43,535 nucleotides of DNA from a virus: the IMG/VR virus record IMGVR_UViG_3300007351_000024; one strand, 5' to 3'. This document shows, piece by piece, positions 31,953-40,872 of the stretch. The position numbers and the translations under genes are program-made. Numbering within the stretch: position 1 is the first letter of the stretch; the number at the start of each line of letters is the position of its first letter. The notes below the pieces were generated by a model. The model had not been told where the DNA came from, did no database searches, and saw only the letters and a list, made by a program, of their open reading frames with translations.

Positions 31953-34271
31953 ATGGTAGATACACGATACCAATTACAGCCAGGAGAGAGCATAGCCGCA
32001 TACAACGCGCGTGTACAACAGTACTACTCGCAACCTGCGGCACAAACTCCTACCACCCCCTCTCCACAACCTACGACAGTCCCGAGCGGAAGTGTACCTA
32101 CATTTGAGTTCCTACAACAAAATCCTGGGGCATTAGGCATGTACCAAGGAAGAGCAGTAAAAAGTACTGGCTCACAGTATTATCTTCCATATTCAGGAGA
32201 AGGAACGGCAGAACACTATTTCAGCAAGAAAGAGGGTCTGCCATCAGGTGCTATCTTATTCGACCCTCAATACACAATGCAACCAGGTGAATCTGAAGCT
32301 GCCTATCTTCAAAGAGTCCAAAGTCTATTGGCTAACCAATCTCAACCAACCCAACAATCTTCTCAACCAACACAACAAGCCACCCAACCAACACAGCAAT
32401 CATCCAACATAAGCCAACAAGACTACCAACTGAAGCCGGGAGAAACCATTGACCAATACAACGCACGCATAGCGGCTTTACGTTCAGGGTCTTCCTCCAC
32501 TTCTACAACAACTCCGCAACAAACAGGAGCATTGGTATATGACCCTACTAAGAATCCTTCTGTAGTAGACCTTCTTAACTCTGTTGGTCAGGACGCTTCT
32601 TTTGCAGCACGACAACAACTTGCACAGCAGTATGGGATACAGAACTACTCTGGTACTGCTTCTCAAAATCAAGAATTGGCAAAGAAGTTTACAGAAATGT
32701 ACAACGCGAAGAAAGGCTCCACTGCTCCTACTTCTCAATCGGAGTACATGTCTCAAGCTAAGACATACGATGAGGAGAATAAACCTGAAGGAACTATCGA
32801 AGAAGCTGAAAAAGACTTCATTTCTAACTACTTGTCAATGAATCCTGTTTTGAAGTCTCTCTATGATTCAATAAACCAAGAATTGAGTGCTCCAGTAAAG
32901 AAAACAACTCTTTTAGAGGAGTATCAGAAGATAATACAAGAGCAGGGGATTCTTCCATTACAGACAGAGCTAATGAACATTCAGAATGTGATGGAAGGAA
33001 GCGAAGACGATATCCGTAACGAGATTACGGCTAGTGGTGGTTTGGCTACTGACTCACAGGTATTGGCCTTAAAAGGTGCCCGAAATAAAACTTTGTTAAA
33101 AGAGGCAAATCACCTACAACAACAGTTGGCTATTAAGCAAGACTATGTTAATCAAATCATGCAGTTCACGCAGCTTGATAGAGAACAAGTGGAAAAGGAT
33201 TTGGATAGGAAACTAGGCTTGCAAGAGAAGCTCTATACGTTAAATGAGAACATTACTTCTGCAGCGCGTGAAAACTATGACCGAGTAATCAAAACTGGAG
33301 GATGGGGTGCATTATCTGAAATGCTTGAAGATTCGCCTAAAGAACGTGAGATGGCAGAGGCCTTTTTGGGTCTTCCTTTCGGTTCTCTTTCCAATGATTC
33401 GTTCCTTACCAAAATGACACCAGAAGAAGAGAAGAAGTATCAGTTCGTCTCTGGCACTGAAAATCAGCGGTCTGGCTTCTTCGACCCGACTACCGGAGAG
33501 TTCACACCTCTTTCTGGTGGTGGAGGAGGAACTGGAGGAAGAGGATTGGACTTTGGGGGTTACGCGTATGGAACTCCAGAATATACCGTTGCAGCTATTC
33601 GTGAATCTTCAAAATACGGGAAGACTCGCTTACTCGCAGATGAAAGGAAGGATATTAACTCTGCTAAACAAGCCCTTGGTTCTCTTGAGATTTACAACCA
33701 ATTGTTAAATGGAAAACTCGATAATGCCCTCTCTAAGGAGGTATTTGGTGAAAAATCAGGTGTCATTACGGGACGTATTCGTACCCTTCAAGGTATATGG
33801 GGTTCTGACCCAAATGCCGCCGCCGTGAACGCGGTAATTCAGGGTATTATTCCAACAGTGGCAAGAGGTATCTTTAGAGAAGTAGGTGTCCTAACTGACG
33901 CTGATATTGCGAATTACAAAAAGACCGTTCCTGATATCAACAAGCCAGAGAACGCAAACAGACTCATTGAGCTAGTTCTACTAAAGACACTTGAACGGGC
34001 GTATTCAAATACCCTGCTTACTGCAGCACAGAATCAAACTAACGTGTCTAACTTTGAGGATGAATACCTAGATGTAACAAGGAGGATTTCAAGTCTTTCT
34101 TCTCCTACTGCCGCAACTACCAAGACCGGAACTCTCCCTAACGGAACAAAAGTCACCCTCAACGCTGATGGTTCGATTACTGATGCACAGGGAAACAAGT
34201 ATGATGAAGATGGGAATAGAATAGGGACGGCTATTCCATGGAACGCACTACAGTTTAGTAAGATACAATAA
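31953..34271 (+). CDS. Large virion protein with three Y-x-L/M-x-PGES/T modules, S/T/P/Q-rich linkers and a long helical region (tape-measure- or internal-protein-like)
   Basis: 772 aa. The modules are 'YQLQPGESIAAYNARVQQYY', 'YTMQPGESEAAYLQRVQSLL' and 'YQLKPGETIDQYNARIAAL'. Linkers include 'QSQPTQQSSQPTQQATQPTQQSS' and 'SSSTSTTTPQQT'. There is also a Gly run, 'SGGGGGTGGRG'. Confidence 0.65.
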   Translation: MVDTRYQLQPGESIAAYNARVQQYYSQPAAQTPTTPSPQPTTVPSGSVPTFEFLQQNPGALGMYQGRAVKSTGSQYYLPYSGEGTAEHYFSKKEGLPSGAILFDPQYTMQPGESEAAYLQRVQSLLANQSQPTQQSSQPTQQATQPTQQSSNISQQDYQLKPGETIDQYNARIAALRSGSSSTSTTTPQQTGALVYDPTKNPSVVDLLNSVGQDASFAARQQLAQQYGIQNYSGTASQNQELAKKFTEMYNAKKGSTAPTSQSEYMSQAKTYDEENKPEGTIEEAEKDFISNYLSMNPVLKSLYDSINQELSAPVKKTTLLEEYQKIIQEQGILPLQTELMNIQNVMEGSEDDIRNEITASGGLATDSQVLALKGARNKTLLKEANHLQQQLAIKQDYVNQIMQFTQLDREQVEKDLDRKLGLQEKLYTLNENITSAARENYDRVIKTGGWGALSEMLEDSPKEREMAEAFLGLPFGSLSNDSFLTKMTPEEEKKYQFVSGTENQRSGFFDPTTGEFTPLSGGGGGTGGRGLDFGGYAYGTPEYTVAAIRESSKYGKTRLLADERKDINSAKQALGSLEIYNQLLNGKLDNALSKEVFGEKSGVITGRIRTLQGIWGSDPNAAAVNAVIQGIIPTVARGIFREVGVLTDADIANYKKTVPDINKPENANRLIELVLLKTLERAYSNTLLTAAQNQTNVSNFEDEYLDVTRRISSLSSPTAATTKTGTLPNGTKVTLNADGSITDAQGNKYDEDGNRIGTAIPWNALQFSKIQ

Positions 34272-34276
34272 GATAT

Positions 34277-37200
34277 ATGGCAATAAAATGGGAAAAGGAG
34301 AAGGAATCAAACGGAATCCAGTGGGATTCTAAGGATTTGTCGCGCTCACAAGCCGTCTTAGGTTCTTCGCAAAGAATCCTCGACACCATTTTGGGTGCGA
34401 GTAATTTGGTTAATCAGACAATTGGACGCCCTTTTATTGATATTGCGGCTATGCCTGTACAGGCAGGAGCTAAGAAATTAGGACTTCCTGACCCATACGC
34501 TGATAAAGCACTTGGTGGAGTGGATGTTGCTTCAGTAGATGAACCTCTTAGAAAGGCAGGCTCTGCTGGAGAGCTAGCTTCGTATGCGTTCCCCTTCAAG
34601 ACAGCGGCTACCGGACTAGCGAACTTTGCGAAACCCCTTTTAGGTAAGGCTGCAGGTTTATTTGGAAACGTAGGCGCTGGCGCTGGTGCAGGATATGGAG
34701 TTGATGTCGCTATGGATATGGCCGGAGGAGAACAAGATATTGGAGAAGTCTTAAAGCCCGGGGCTGCTACTGCAATTGGAGGAGGATTACCTGCTGTAGG
34801 CGCGATTGGAGGTGCGGTACGGAACGCTATTCCAAAACTCCTCTCATACACTTCAGATGTACCAGAGGAGGCATTTTCTATGATGCTCCAAAGAAGGGCT
34901 CCTGTTATGAGTGCAGTTCAATCAGGAGTTACCCCCGAGCAATCCCTTCAAGCATCACAACAAGCTGTACGAGGATTACGCAAGAAGCTCTCCCAAGAAT
35001 GGGAGGAATCGGCACAAGCTATTTATGATGAGTTCGCCGATAAAAGTATTCTGTTTAGTGGTTCACTAGAAAGAAAATTGCACTCTGTTGCTACAGAGTT
35101 TGGATTAGACTTACCCCAGAATCTAAAGAATGTCTCTGCTAAAGAGACTATGGATTTACTTAAAAAGATTGGTGAGCTTCCAAGAGGCGTTCTAACCTTG
35201 TCTCCCAAGGGGGCTGTTGTTCGTGAGGTGCAAGAAGGAATAAAAGACAAAGCCATTGAGGCCTTCGGAGGAAAGAAAGGCTCTCTTGCAACGCTGTATA
35301 AGAATTACTCCACGAAGAAAGGTATATTTGATGCTGCTAATGACATTGTTAAAGCATATTCAACTGGTAAACCAATACAACAAAGTTCTGCATTAGGCAG
35401 GTTAATGGCGGTGTTTAACGAGAACAAGGGCGCATACCTTGATGCTATTCTTGACCTTGAGAGAGAAACGGGAACTGACTTGCTATCTAATGTCATAGCC
35501 ACAAAGATTTCTCCTGTTCTTCCATCTGCATCTTCTGCAATGACTGCTTCTGGGACTTTAAGTTCGGCTAAATCCCTTACTGATAAGGCTCTTAACTTAT
35601 TATTACTACCTCTTACTTCTCCCCGTACTGCTGCATTTCTTGCTAGAGTTGCCGGAAGGATGAAGATTCCTCCATTACAAAGGACTCCAGGGGACGATAT
35701 CTTAGACCGTTCTAAACAGATTATCCAAGAAGAAGGAGGAGAAGGAGGTTTTGTGAGAATCCCAAAAGCTAAGGGGGGCACCCCTAAAGATGCGCCAACC
35801 TTACAATCTCTGACCAGAATGGCAGAGGAGGTCAAAATTCCTACCGTTTCAAGACGGTATATAGAAGACCTCTCTAATCGTCCTGATATTAAACAGCCTG
35901 AAAGAGACTTGTTACGAAAGTTCTTGGCAGACGAAGGAGACGAAGTAGACGTAGCTAACTTCGCCAACAAGATAAAGACAGAGTTGTTGCCTTTGAAACG
36001 AAACGCGCCCAAGGTAGGAGACAGCGCAAGAGATGCGGGTATTACGAGTACACGTTACGAGAACGTAACACTTCCTAGTGAACAACGAGGACCAGTATCC
36101 AATTACTCCGAGCATGTATATGAGAGTCCTATAGAAACAAGCGCCGGAAAAGTTCACTTCGGTAATTCGTACGACGGTGCTAATAAGGGCTACTTCGCAC
36201 ATACCCGTATAGAGGATGTAGGTTCAATGCACGAAAATGCCCTAACGGGTGCAAGTAAAACATATGCAGGAGATACACGCCGCGTCATCGAAATCCAATC
36301 CGACCTTTTTCAGAAAGGGAGGTTGGAAGACGAGATGCCCAAAATCGGAGAAGGTGCGAACCGCGCAGGTGCAGAGCAAATTGCTAAAACAGACCCTAAA
36401 TCATTTGCCACCAAAGAACTCGCACGCGAAGCAGAGTTGAAGAAACTCGAACCCTACCGCAACACTTGGTGGGAGCGCATCGTGCGTGAAGAAGTAAAAC
36501 AAGCCGCCAAGGACGGCAAAACTAAGCTCCAATTCCCTACCGGAGAAACAGCTATGAAGATTGAGGGATTGGGAATACCAGAAGGAGATAGATTTCAAAT
36601 CGTTGGCGAGTCTGTTGCTGATGTTGGCCGTAACAATGCGGGGTTGGCAAGAAATATGGGAAATCTTACTGCCGACAAGTTAAAAGTTGGCACGGTATAC
36701 ACAACCGACCCGACTGTATACGGACGTAACAATTACCTAAATGCCGATACGCAACACCAGTGGGTCATCACCGACGTACTAGGAGATGGGAAGTTTAAGG
36801 CGATGCCGAAAGAACATATTGATTCCTATGCTGAATCCGCTGGCCTGAATAATCTTTCTACCGAAGAACTACTAAACTATGCCGAGCATCATGCAACTCA
36901 AAATTTCTGGGGTTCTAAGGAAACCTTCGACATCTCCGGCAAAGTAGACACCAACAACCCTATCTACAAGTTCTACGAGAAAGACGTGCAGAAATACCTC
37001 ACCAACAAATACAAAGGAAAGGTAATCACTGACCCACAGGGTGTGAAGTGGGTAGAGATAGACGTACCAAAAGAGGCGAAACGATTGCCTGTAGAGGCGT
37101 TTGGTGTGGGAGCAGTTACGTTACCAGGAGATAAAGGAATCTTTGAAACGGAAGGAAATCCCCCAACTGATTTTGAACCAACCCCTGAAGATGTTGAAAC

Positions 37201-37732
37201 TAGAGTTAACGAGTTCCGAGCTTCACAAGGGTTGCCAAGTCTTAGAATGAATCCAGAACTTTCTTCCTACGCTCAAGAGAGGGCAGAAGAAATGGCTTCT
37301 AGTGGGGTCTTTTCTCACTACTCTCCTGGAGAGACAGAGCAAACAGCTATACAAGGTGAAGATTTTGAAGGATTGGAAAACGTATACGAAAATATAGCGT
37401 GGGGAGAAAAAGGTTTTTCTGATGCTACTTCGACATCTAAGACATGGGAAGAATCAAAAACAGGACATCGAGAAATACTTTTGAATCCTAATATTTCAGA
37501 ACTCGGCACAGGAGTTGCAAAAGGAAAATATCGTGGTAAAGACGCGTTTTTCGTAGCACAGATGTATGGTATTCCTTCTATCCGTCCTTCTGCTGCGACT
37601 ATTGAAAGAAGCAGAGTTCCAGAAGAAGGAAAGGCAATTTTATCTCTTAGAGTATTACCCATTTCTAATTTCGAGACGCGCCCTATGGAAACAGATATGG
37701 CCGCCTCAACTCCTAGAACTCTACAGAGGTAA
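34277..37732 (+). CDS. Very large virion/tail protein with a Gly/Ala-rich hydrophobic N-terminal region and a C-terminal CAP/SCP/PR-1 (YkwD-like) domain
   Basis: 1151 aa. The CAP motifs at about nt 37205-37571 are 'VNEFRASQGLPSLRMNPELSSYAQERAEEM', 'FSHYSPGE', 'ENIAWGE', 'W..SKTGHREILLNPN', 'ELGTGVA' and 'FFVAQMYG'. Confidence 0.8.
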   Translation: MAIKWEKEKESNGIQWDSKDLSRSQAVLGSSQRILDTILGASNLVNQTIGRPFIDIAAMPVQAGAKKLGLPDPYADKALGGVDVASVDEPLRKAGSAGELASYAFPFKTAATGLANFAKPLLGKAAGLFGNVGAGAGAGYGVDVAMDMAGGEQDIGEVLKPGAATAIGGGLPAVGAIGGAVRNAIPKLLSYTSDVPEEAFSMMLQRRAPVMSAVQSGVTPEQSLQASQQAVRGLRKKLSQEWEESAQAIYDEFADKSILFSGSLERKLHSVATEFGLDLPQNLKNVSAKETMDLLKKIGELPRGVLTLSPKGAVVREVQEGIKDKAIEAFGGKKGSLATLYKNYSTKKGIFDAANDIVKAYSTGKPIQQSSALGRLMAVFNENKGAYLDAILDLERETGTDLLSNVIATKISPVLPSASSAMTASGTLSSAKSLTDKALNLLLLPLTSPRTAAFLARVAGRMKIPPLQRTPGDDILDRSKQIIQEEGGEGGFVRIPKAKGGTPKDAPTLQSLTRMAEEVKIPTVSRRYIEDLSNRPDIKQPERDLLRKFLADEGDEVDVANFANKIKTELLPLKRNAPKVGDSARDAGITSTRYENVTLPSEQRGPVSNYSEHVYESPIETSAGKVHFGNSYDGANKGYFAHTRIEDVGSMHENALTGASKTYAGDTRRVIEIQSDLFQKGRLEDEMPKIGEGANRAGAEQIAKTDPKSFATKELAREAELKKLEPYRNTWWERIVREEVKQAAKDGKTKLQFPTGETAMKIEGLGIPEGDRFQIVGESVADVGRNNAGLARNMGNLTADKLKVGTVYTTDPTVYGRNNYLNADTQHQWVITDVLGDGKFKAMPKEHIDSYAESAGLNNLSTEELLNYAEHHATQNFWGSKETFDISGKVDTNNPIYKFYEKDVQKYLTNKYKGKVITDPQGVKWVEIDVPKEAKRLPVEAFGVGAVTLPGDKGIFETEGNPPTDFEPTPEDVETRVNEFRASQGLPSLRMNPELSSYAQERAEEMASSGVFSHYSPGETEQTAIQGEDFEGLENVYENIAWGEKGFSDATSTSKTWEESKTGHREILLNPNISELGTGVAKGKYRGKDAFFVAQMYGIPSIRPSAATIERSRVPEEGKAILSLRVLPISNFETRPMETDMAASTPRTLQR

Positions 37733-37737
37733 TAAAT

Positions 37738-38016
37738 ATGGAAAGTCCAGATATTATCTTCAAACTTGGGGAAATCAGCGGAAAGCTCGACAGTACGGGA
37801 GCTGCAGTCATTTCAGTCGGTAACGAGGTAAAATCTCTTAGAGATGATTTTAATACTATGGAAAAAGGCCGTCTGACCCGTTTAGAGGTTTCTTTCAAAT
37901 CTCTTGAGACTCAAGTAGAGACAAGAGCTAAAAGTAGCGGATTCTGGTATGCAATCTTTGCTTCTGCTTCTGCTTCTGTTATATCGGGAATCGTTCTTTA
38001 CGCGTTATTGAAGTAA
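37738..38016 (+). CDS. Tail-anchored membrane protein (holin/spanin-type candidate)
   Basis: 92 aa. It has a helical N-terminal part and a single C-terminal TM segment ('FWYAIFASASASVISGIVLYALL'). It lies next to the lysin gene. Confidence 0.5.
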   Translation: MESPDIIFKLGEISGKLDSTGAAVISVGNEVKSLRDDFNTMEKGRLTRLEVSFKSLETQVETRAKSSGFWYAIFASASASVISGIVLYALLK

Positions 38017-38070
38017 CTAGATGACTAATATCCTCGCATTGTATCTTACAAGAGTAACCATGAATCTGAT

Positions 38071-38718
38071 ATGAAGCATAATGATTTTTTACTTGGTTTA
38101 GCAAATCCGGTTCCTTCTGTCGTTCTCAAGAAGTACCCTCAAGGTGGAATATTCCAATTCTGGGGAGAGAACCCTAGGCTTTACTCTGAAGCATTTGGTC
38201 ATAAAGATGACCTCCATAAGTTCTTAGGAGGCCATTCAGGGTTAGATATCGTTGCGCCTCATCGAACTCCTATCTGCGCTGCACATGATGGCTTTGTTTC
38301 AGGTCTAAAGACTGACCCTAAGAACCTCGGAGGATTGGTGATTTGGATTCAATCTCCTTCACTAGACTTGAACGGCAATCAATCGTGCCTCGTTACTGCT
38401 TACGGACACTTGGATGAGATAAAAGTTTCTCCAGGACAACAGGTAACGAAAGGAGAAGTAATCGGATTCATGGGTAATACTGGCTTCGTGGTAAGCGGGG
38501 GGACAGCGTATTGGGGAAATGCTCCTGCAGGTAAAGGAACACACCTCCATTTCACCCTCTACGAATACACAGTGAAGGATGGCGCCCTATCTCCTAGGTG
38601 GAATAATAAGATGCAGAACTCCACAGACCCGCTCCCCTACCTTAGGGGTGATTTTACAGGTTCTATCGGGGTTCTTAAACAAGCTCTCGCCTATTTAGCG
38701 AAATGGTCGAAAGTTTAA
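38071..38718 (+). CDS. M23/LytM-family peptidoglycan endopeptidase (endolysin candidate)
   Basis: 215 aa. Motifs are 'GGHSGLDI' (HxxxD), 'YGHLDEIKVSPGQQVTKGEVIGFMGNTG' and 'GTHLHFTLY' (HxH). Confidence 0.85.
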   Translation: MKHNDFLLGLANPVPSVVLKKYPQGGIFQFWGENPRLYSEAFGHKDDLHKFLGGHSGLDIVAPHRTPICAAHDGFVSGLKTDPKNLGGLVIWIQSPSLDLNGNQSCLVTAYGHLDEIKVSPGQQVTKGEVIGFMGNTGFVVSGGTAYWGNAPAGKGTHLHFTLYEYTVKDGALSPRWNNKMQNSTDPLPYLRGDFTGSIGVLKQALAYLAKWSKV

Positions 38719-38738
38719 CAGCATAATAGCTCAAAAAT

Positions 38739-39038
38739 ATGGAATTACTCGCCTCACTCGTAAATGGTGTGATTGCTCTCATCGTAACAGCAGTACCACT
38801 CATTGTATTGAGTAACTGGTTCATGGCAGGTATTAAGAAGTTCATGGATAAAGCGGAAACTACAATGTGGCTTCGCGGTATCTTGGTTCTTTTCTCTGCT
38901 GTAGCCGTGATAATTTCCGCCTCTCTTACAGGAGAAGCAGTAGACTACAATCAGGTTTCTGACCTCGTTGTAACAGGTCTCACAATCCTTGTAACTGCTG
39001 TAGGCGCACACCTGTCTTATAAAGTGATAAAGGCATAG
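38739..39038 (+). CDS. Three-TM small membrane protein (holin candidate)
   Basis: 99 aa with three hydrophobic segments. It lies immediately downstream of the lysin. Confidence 0.55.
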   Translation: MELLASLVNGVIALIVTAVPLIVLSNWFMAGIKKFMDKAETTMWLRGILVLFSAVAVIISASLTGEAVDYNQVSDLVVTGLTILVTAVGAHLSYKVIKA

Positions 39039-39053
39039 CCTTCTCACAACACA

Positions 39054-39079
39054 AAGACCCCGCTTGATTGCGGGGTCTT
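39054..39079. terminator. Bidirectional hairpin terminator between convergent gene blocks
   Basis: The structure is aagaccccgc-ttgatt-gcggggtctt, a 10-bp GC-rich stem. It sits between the end of the + strand genes (39038) and the end of the - strand genes (39130). Confidence 0.65.
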
Positions 39080-39129
39080 GTGCTATGAAAGAAAACGGTA
39101 CATTGAACCAATGTAACTCGGGTAAGTTA

Positions 39130-39327
39130 CTACAACTGATTACCACGATTTGATAACAAATACACTCTCTCCTTTTTGTCAGGAGTACGTGGGGTATAGC
39201 ACTCTATATATTTCTTACCCTCATTATCTATATAAACTTTATTTGGTTTTCTATCGCCCATCATTAGTAGCCATTTCAATTCTTCAGTTGTAAGGTCTGA
39301 TTCAGTCAATTCTCTTGTTTGAGCCAT
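39130..39327 (-). CDS. Small hypothetical protein (65 aa)
   Basis: I trimmed the start to the Met at 39327 because a terminator-like hairpin plus T-run (39346-39381) occupies the longer ORF's N-terminal extension. The composition is AT-rich like the rest of the phage. Confidence 0.45.
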   Translation of the reverse strand: MAQTRELTESDLTTEELKWLLMMGDRKPNKVYIDNEGKKYIECYTPRTPDKKERVYLLSNRGNQL

Positions 39328-39345
39328 AGTAAATGTGATTACTGG

Positions 39346-39381
39346 TAAAAAGCGCCATCCCGCGCCCGAAGGTGGGGATGG
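39346..39381 (-). terminator. Rho-independent-type terminator on the minus strand
   Basis: The minus strand reads ccatcccc-acc-TTCG-ggcgcgggatgg followed by cgcttttt. It lies directly after the stop of 39395..39814. Confidence 0.55.
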
Positions 39382-39394
39382 AGTTGGAGGAAGT

Positions 39395-39814
39395 TCAGAT
39401 GCTTGAGCCACGCACGGGTTCCTTCGGAACCGGGAACCCTGTGTACTGCTTGATTGGTTCACGGAAGCGCATCACTGCGCCACCGACGTTCACGCCGTAG
39501 ACGTTCATCTCGCCGATGCGCCATTCCCCGACCTTGTTGGAGTGGTAGCCGTGGTAGGCAACCAGCTCCATGAGAATCTGGCCAGCGAGACAGACGGGAG
39601 AGCCAGCCGCAGTGTTTATCTGCGTCAGGACTTCCATACCGTTCGTGCCGTCCCACAGGTCGAGATACTGACGCGCCTGCTCTTCCGTGTCGCAGGAAAC
39701 GCCAGCAGCAGAACCACGCGCACCCACCGGCGGTTCAGCGTGTGCGAGGGGAACGCCCCCACTCGCGATGAACAGGCATGCGATGTAGGGTAGTACCGTT
39801 GACTTCCAGTTCAT
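39395..39814 (-). CDS. Secreted hypothetical protein (signal peptide) in the GC-rich island
   Basis: 139 aa. 'MNWKSTVLPYIACLFIASGGVPLAHA|EPP' looks like a Sec signal with an AHA cleavage site. GGAG lies 8 nt upstream of the ATG. Confidence 0.6.
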   Translation of the reverse strand: MNWKSTVLPYIACLFIASGGVPLAHAEPPVGARGSAAGVSCDTEEQARQYLDLWDGTNGMEVLTQINTAAGSPVCLAGQILMELVAYHGYHSNKVGEWRIGEMNVYGVNVGGAVMRFREPIKQYTGFPVPKEPVRGSSI

Positions 39815-39959
39815 TGCCGTTACTCCGTTTGTAGCGCTGTTCGAATTGTGCGTCGAAGTTCGCGCAATCTTCGCCGCAGTACTCCAACCCGTTCATGCGC
39901 CTCCCTTTCAAGAAGGGTTTACCGCACGTCGGGCAATACTTTTGCGTTCCTCGTATCAA
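39735..39959 (-). CDS. Small zinc-ribbon protein (TTG start) in the GC-rich island
   Basis: 74 aa. The Cys pattern is 'CPTCGKPF...YCGEDC'. A canonical SD, AAAGGAGG, lies 6 nt upstream of the TTG. The 3' end overlaps the next gene by 80 nt, which is unusual. Confidence 0.5.
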   Translation of the reverse strand: MIRGTQKYCPTCGKPFLKGRRMNGLEYCGEDCANFDAQFEQRYKRSNGNELEVNGTTLHRMPVHREWGRSPRTR

Positions 39960-40251
39960 GGCATTCCTCCTTTCTTTTTGAGAATTACGGGCAACTGAAT
40001 TGAATGGAGCCGAAAAAGAGTTACTCCCAACGGGTAACGACAGAACTAGATTCCTCTAGCTCCACTCCTTCAATCCATGTATCCGTAATCCTCTTATATC
40101 AAAGAACTTCAATCAGTATACTCCTTTCTTCATGCCTACTCATCCCTACACGTTTCCCCAGATTTTGGGCATTATTCTTCTCGTAGATAATTCCAAGACC
40201 GGCATGTAGGGAGGAGGAGACACGAGGTCTCCTTGCAACTTTCTAGCGATT

Positions 40252-40872
40252 TTATTGACTCAAAAGAGCGATTACCTGTTCAAGCAAAGACAATACCTGC
40301 TGTTGCAAGTACATTATCTCTGCTTCAGGTGTGAACGGAATACCATGGAACGCATAGTGAGCTGGAGTCTGGCACTCTGGATAGCCAGTCAAAGGAGAGC
40401 ACATACCGCCGCCTCCACCGAAGCTCATGCCGTGGCCGCCGCCTCCGCCCTCATCAGGGTCTACGCGTAGAGGAGTCGTAACCTCGCCTAGTACTGTGTT
40501 CGTACAGTCAGGAGAAGCGCCGCCGTTAAAGAAGTCTTCCTCACCAGAGTCCACGATTACTTTCAATGTGTAATTGAGGTGCGCTGGCGCGTTGAAGACG
40601 AAAGGGAACTCAAAGACACCTGAACCTGAAAACGAGTTGACCGTCGTTGTTGCGAGCGGCTCATCGTTCAGGTACGAGTACAGGGAACCTACGTTGTTGT
40701 TACAACCGCTCCCGCTCTTTGTAACGGTAACTGTTGCTGTAACTTGCTGACCTTCTATTGCGATTTCTGGGTCTACGACAACGGAATCAACGCTCACTGA
40801 TGCGAACGCCGTGCCGCCGGAAAAAAGAAAGGCAACGAAGAGACTGATTGCTGATACTGTTTTTGTTCTCAT
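40252..40872 (-). CDS. Secreted protein with a beta-sandwich (CARDB/Ig-like?) region, a poly-Gly linker and a C-terminal amphipathic helix
   Basis: I trimmed the start to the Met at 40872 ('MRTKTVSAISLFVAFLFSGGTAFA|SVS', a signal peptide). Other segments are 'VTATVTVTKSGSG', 'DEGGGGGHGMSFGGGGGMC' and 'EIMYLQQQVLSLLEQVIALL'. Confidence 0.65.
   Translation of the reverse strand: MRTKTVSAISLFVAFLFSGGTAFASVSVDSVVVDPEIAIEGQQVTATVTVTKSGSGCNNNVGSLYSYLNDEPLATTTVNSFSGSGVFEFPFVFNAPAHLNYTLKVIVDSGEEDFFNGGASPDCTNTVLGEVTTPLRVDPDEGGGGGHGMSFGGGGGMCSPLTGYPECQTPAHYAFHGIPFTPEAEIMYLQQQVLSLLEQVIALLSQ

Noticed and set aside
35305-36012. 235-aa minus-strand ORF inside the 1151-aa virion protein gene
   Set aside because: It lies entirely antisense to a long ORF that has a recognisable CAP domain. 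Its sequence is Ser/Leu/Arg-rich and low-complexity, and nothing else in the 18-39 kb block is transcribed from that strand.
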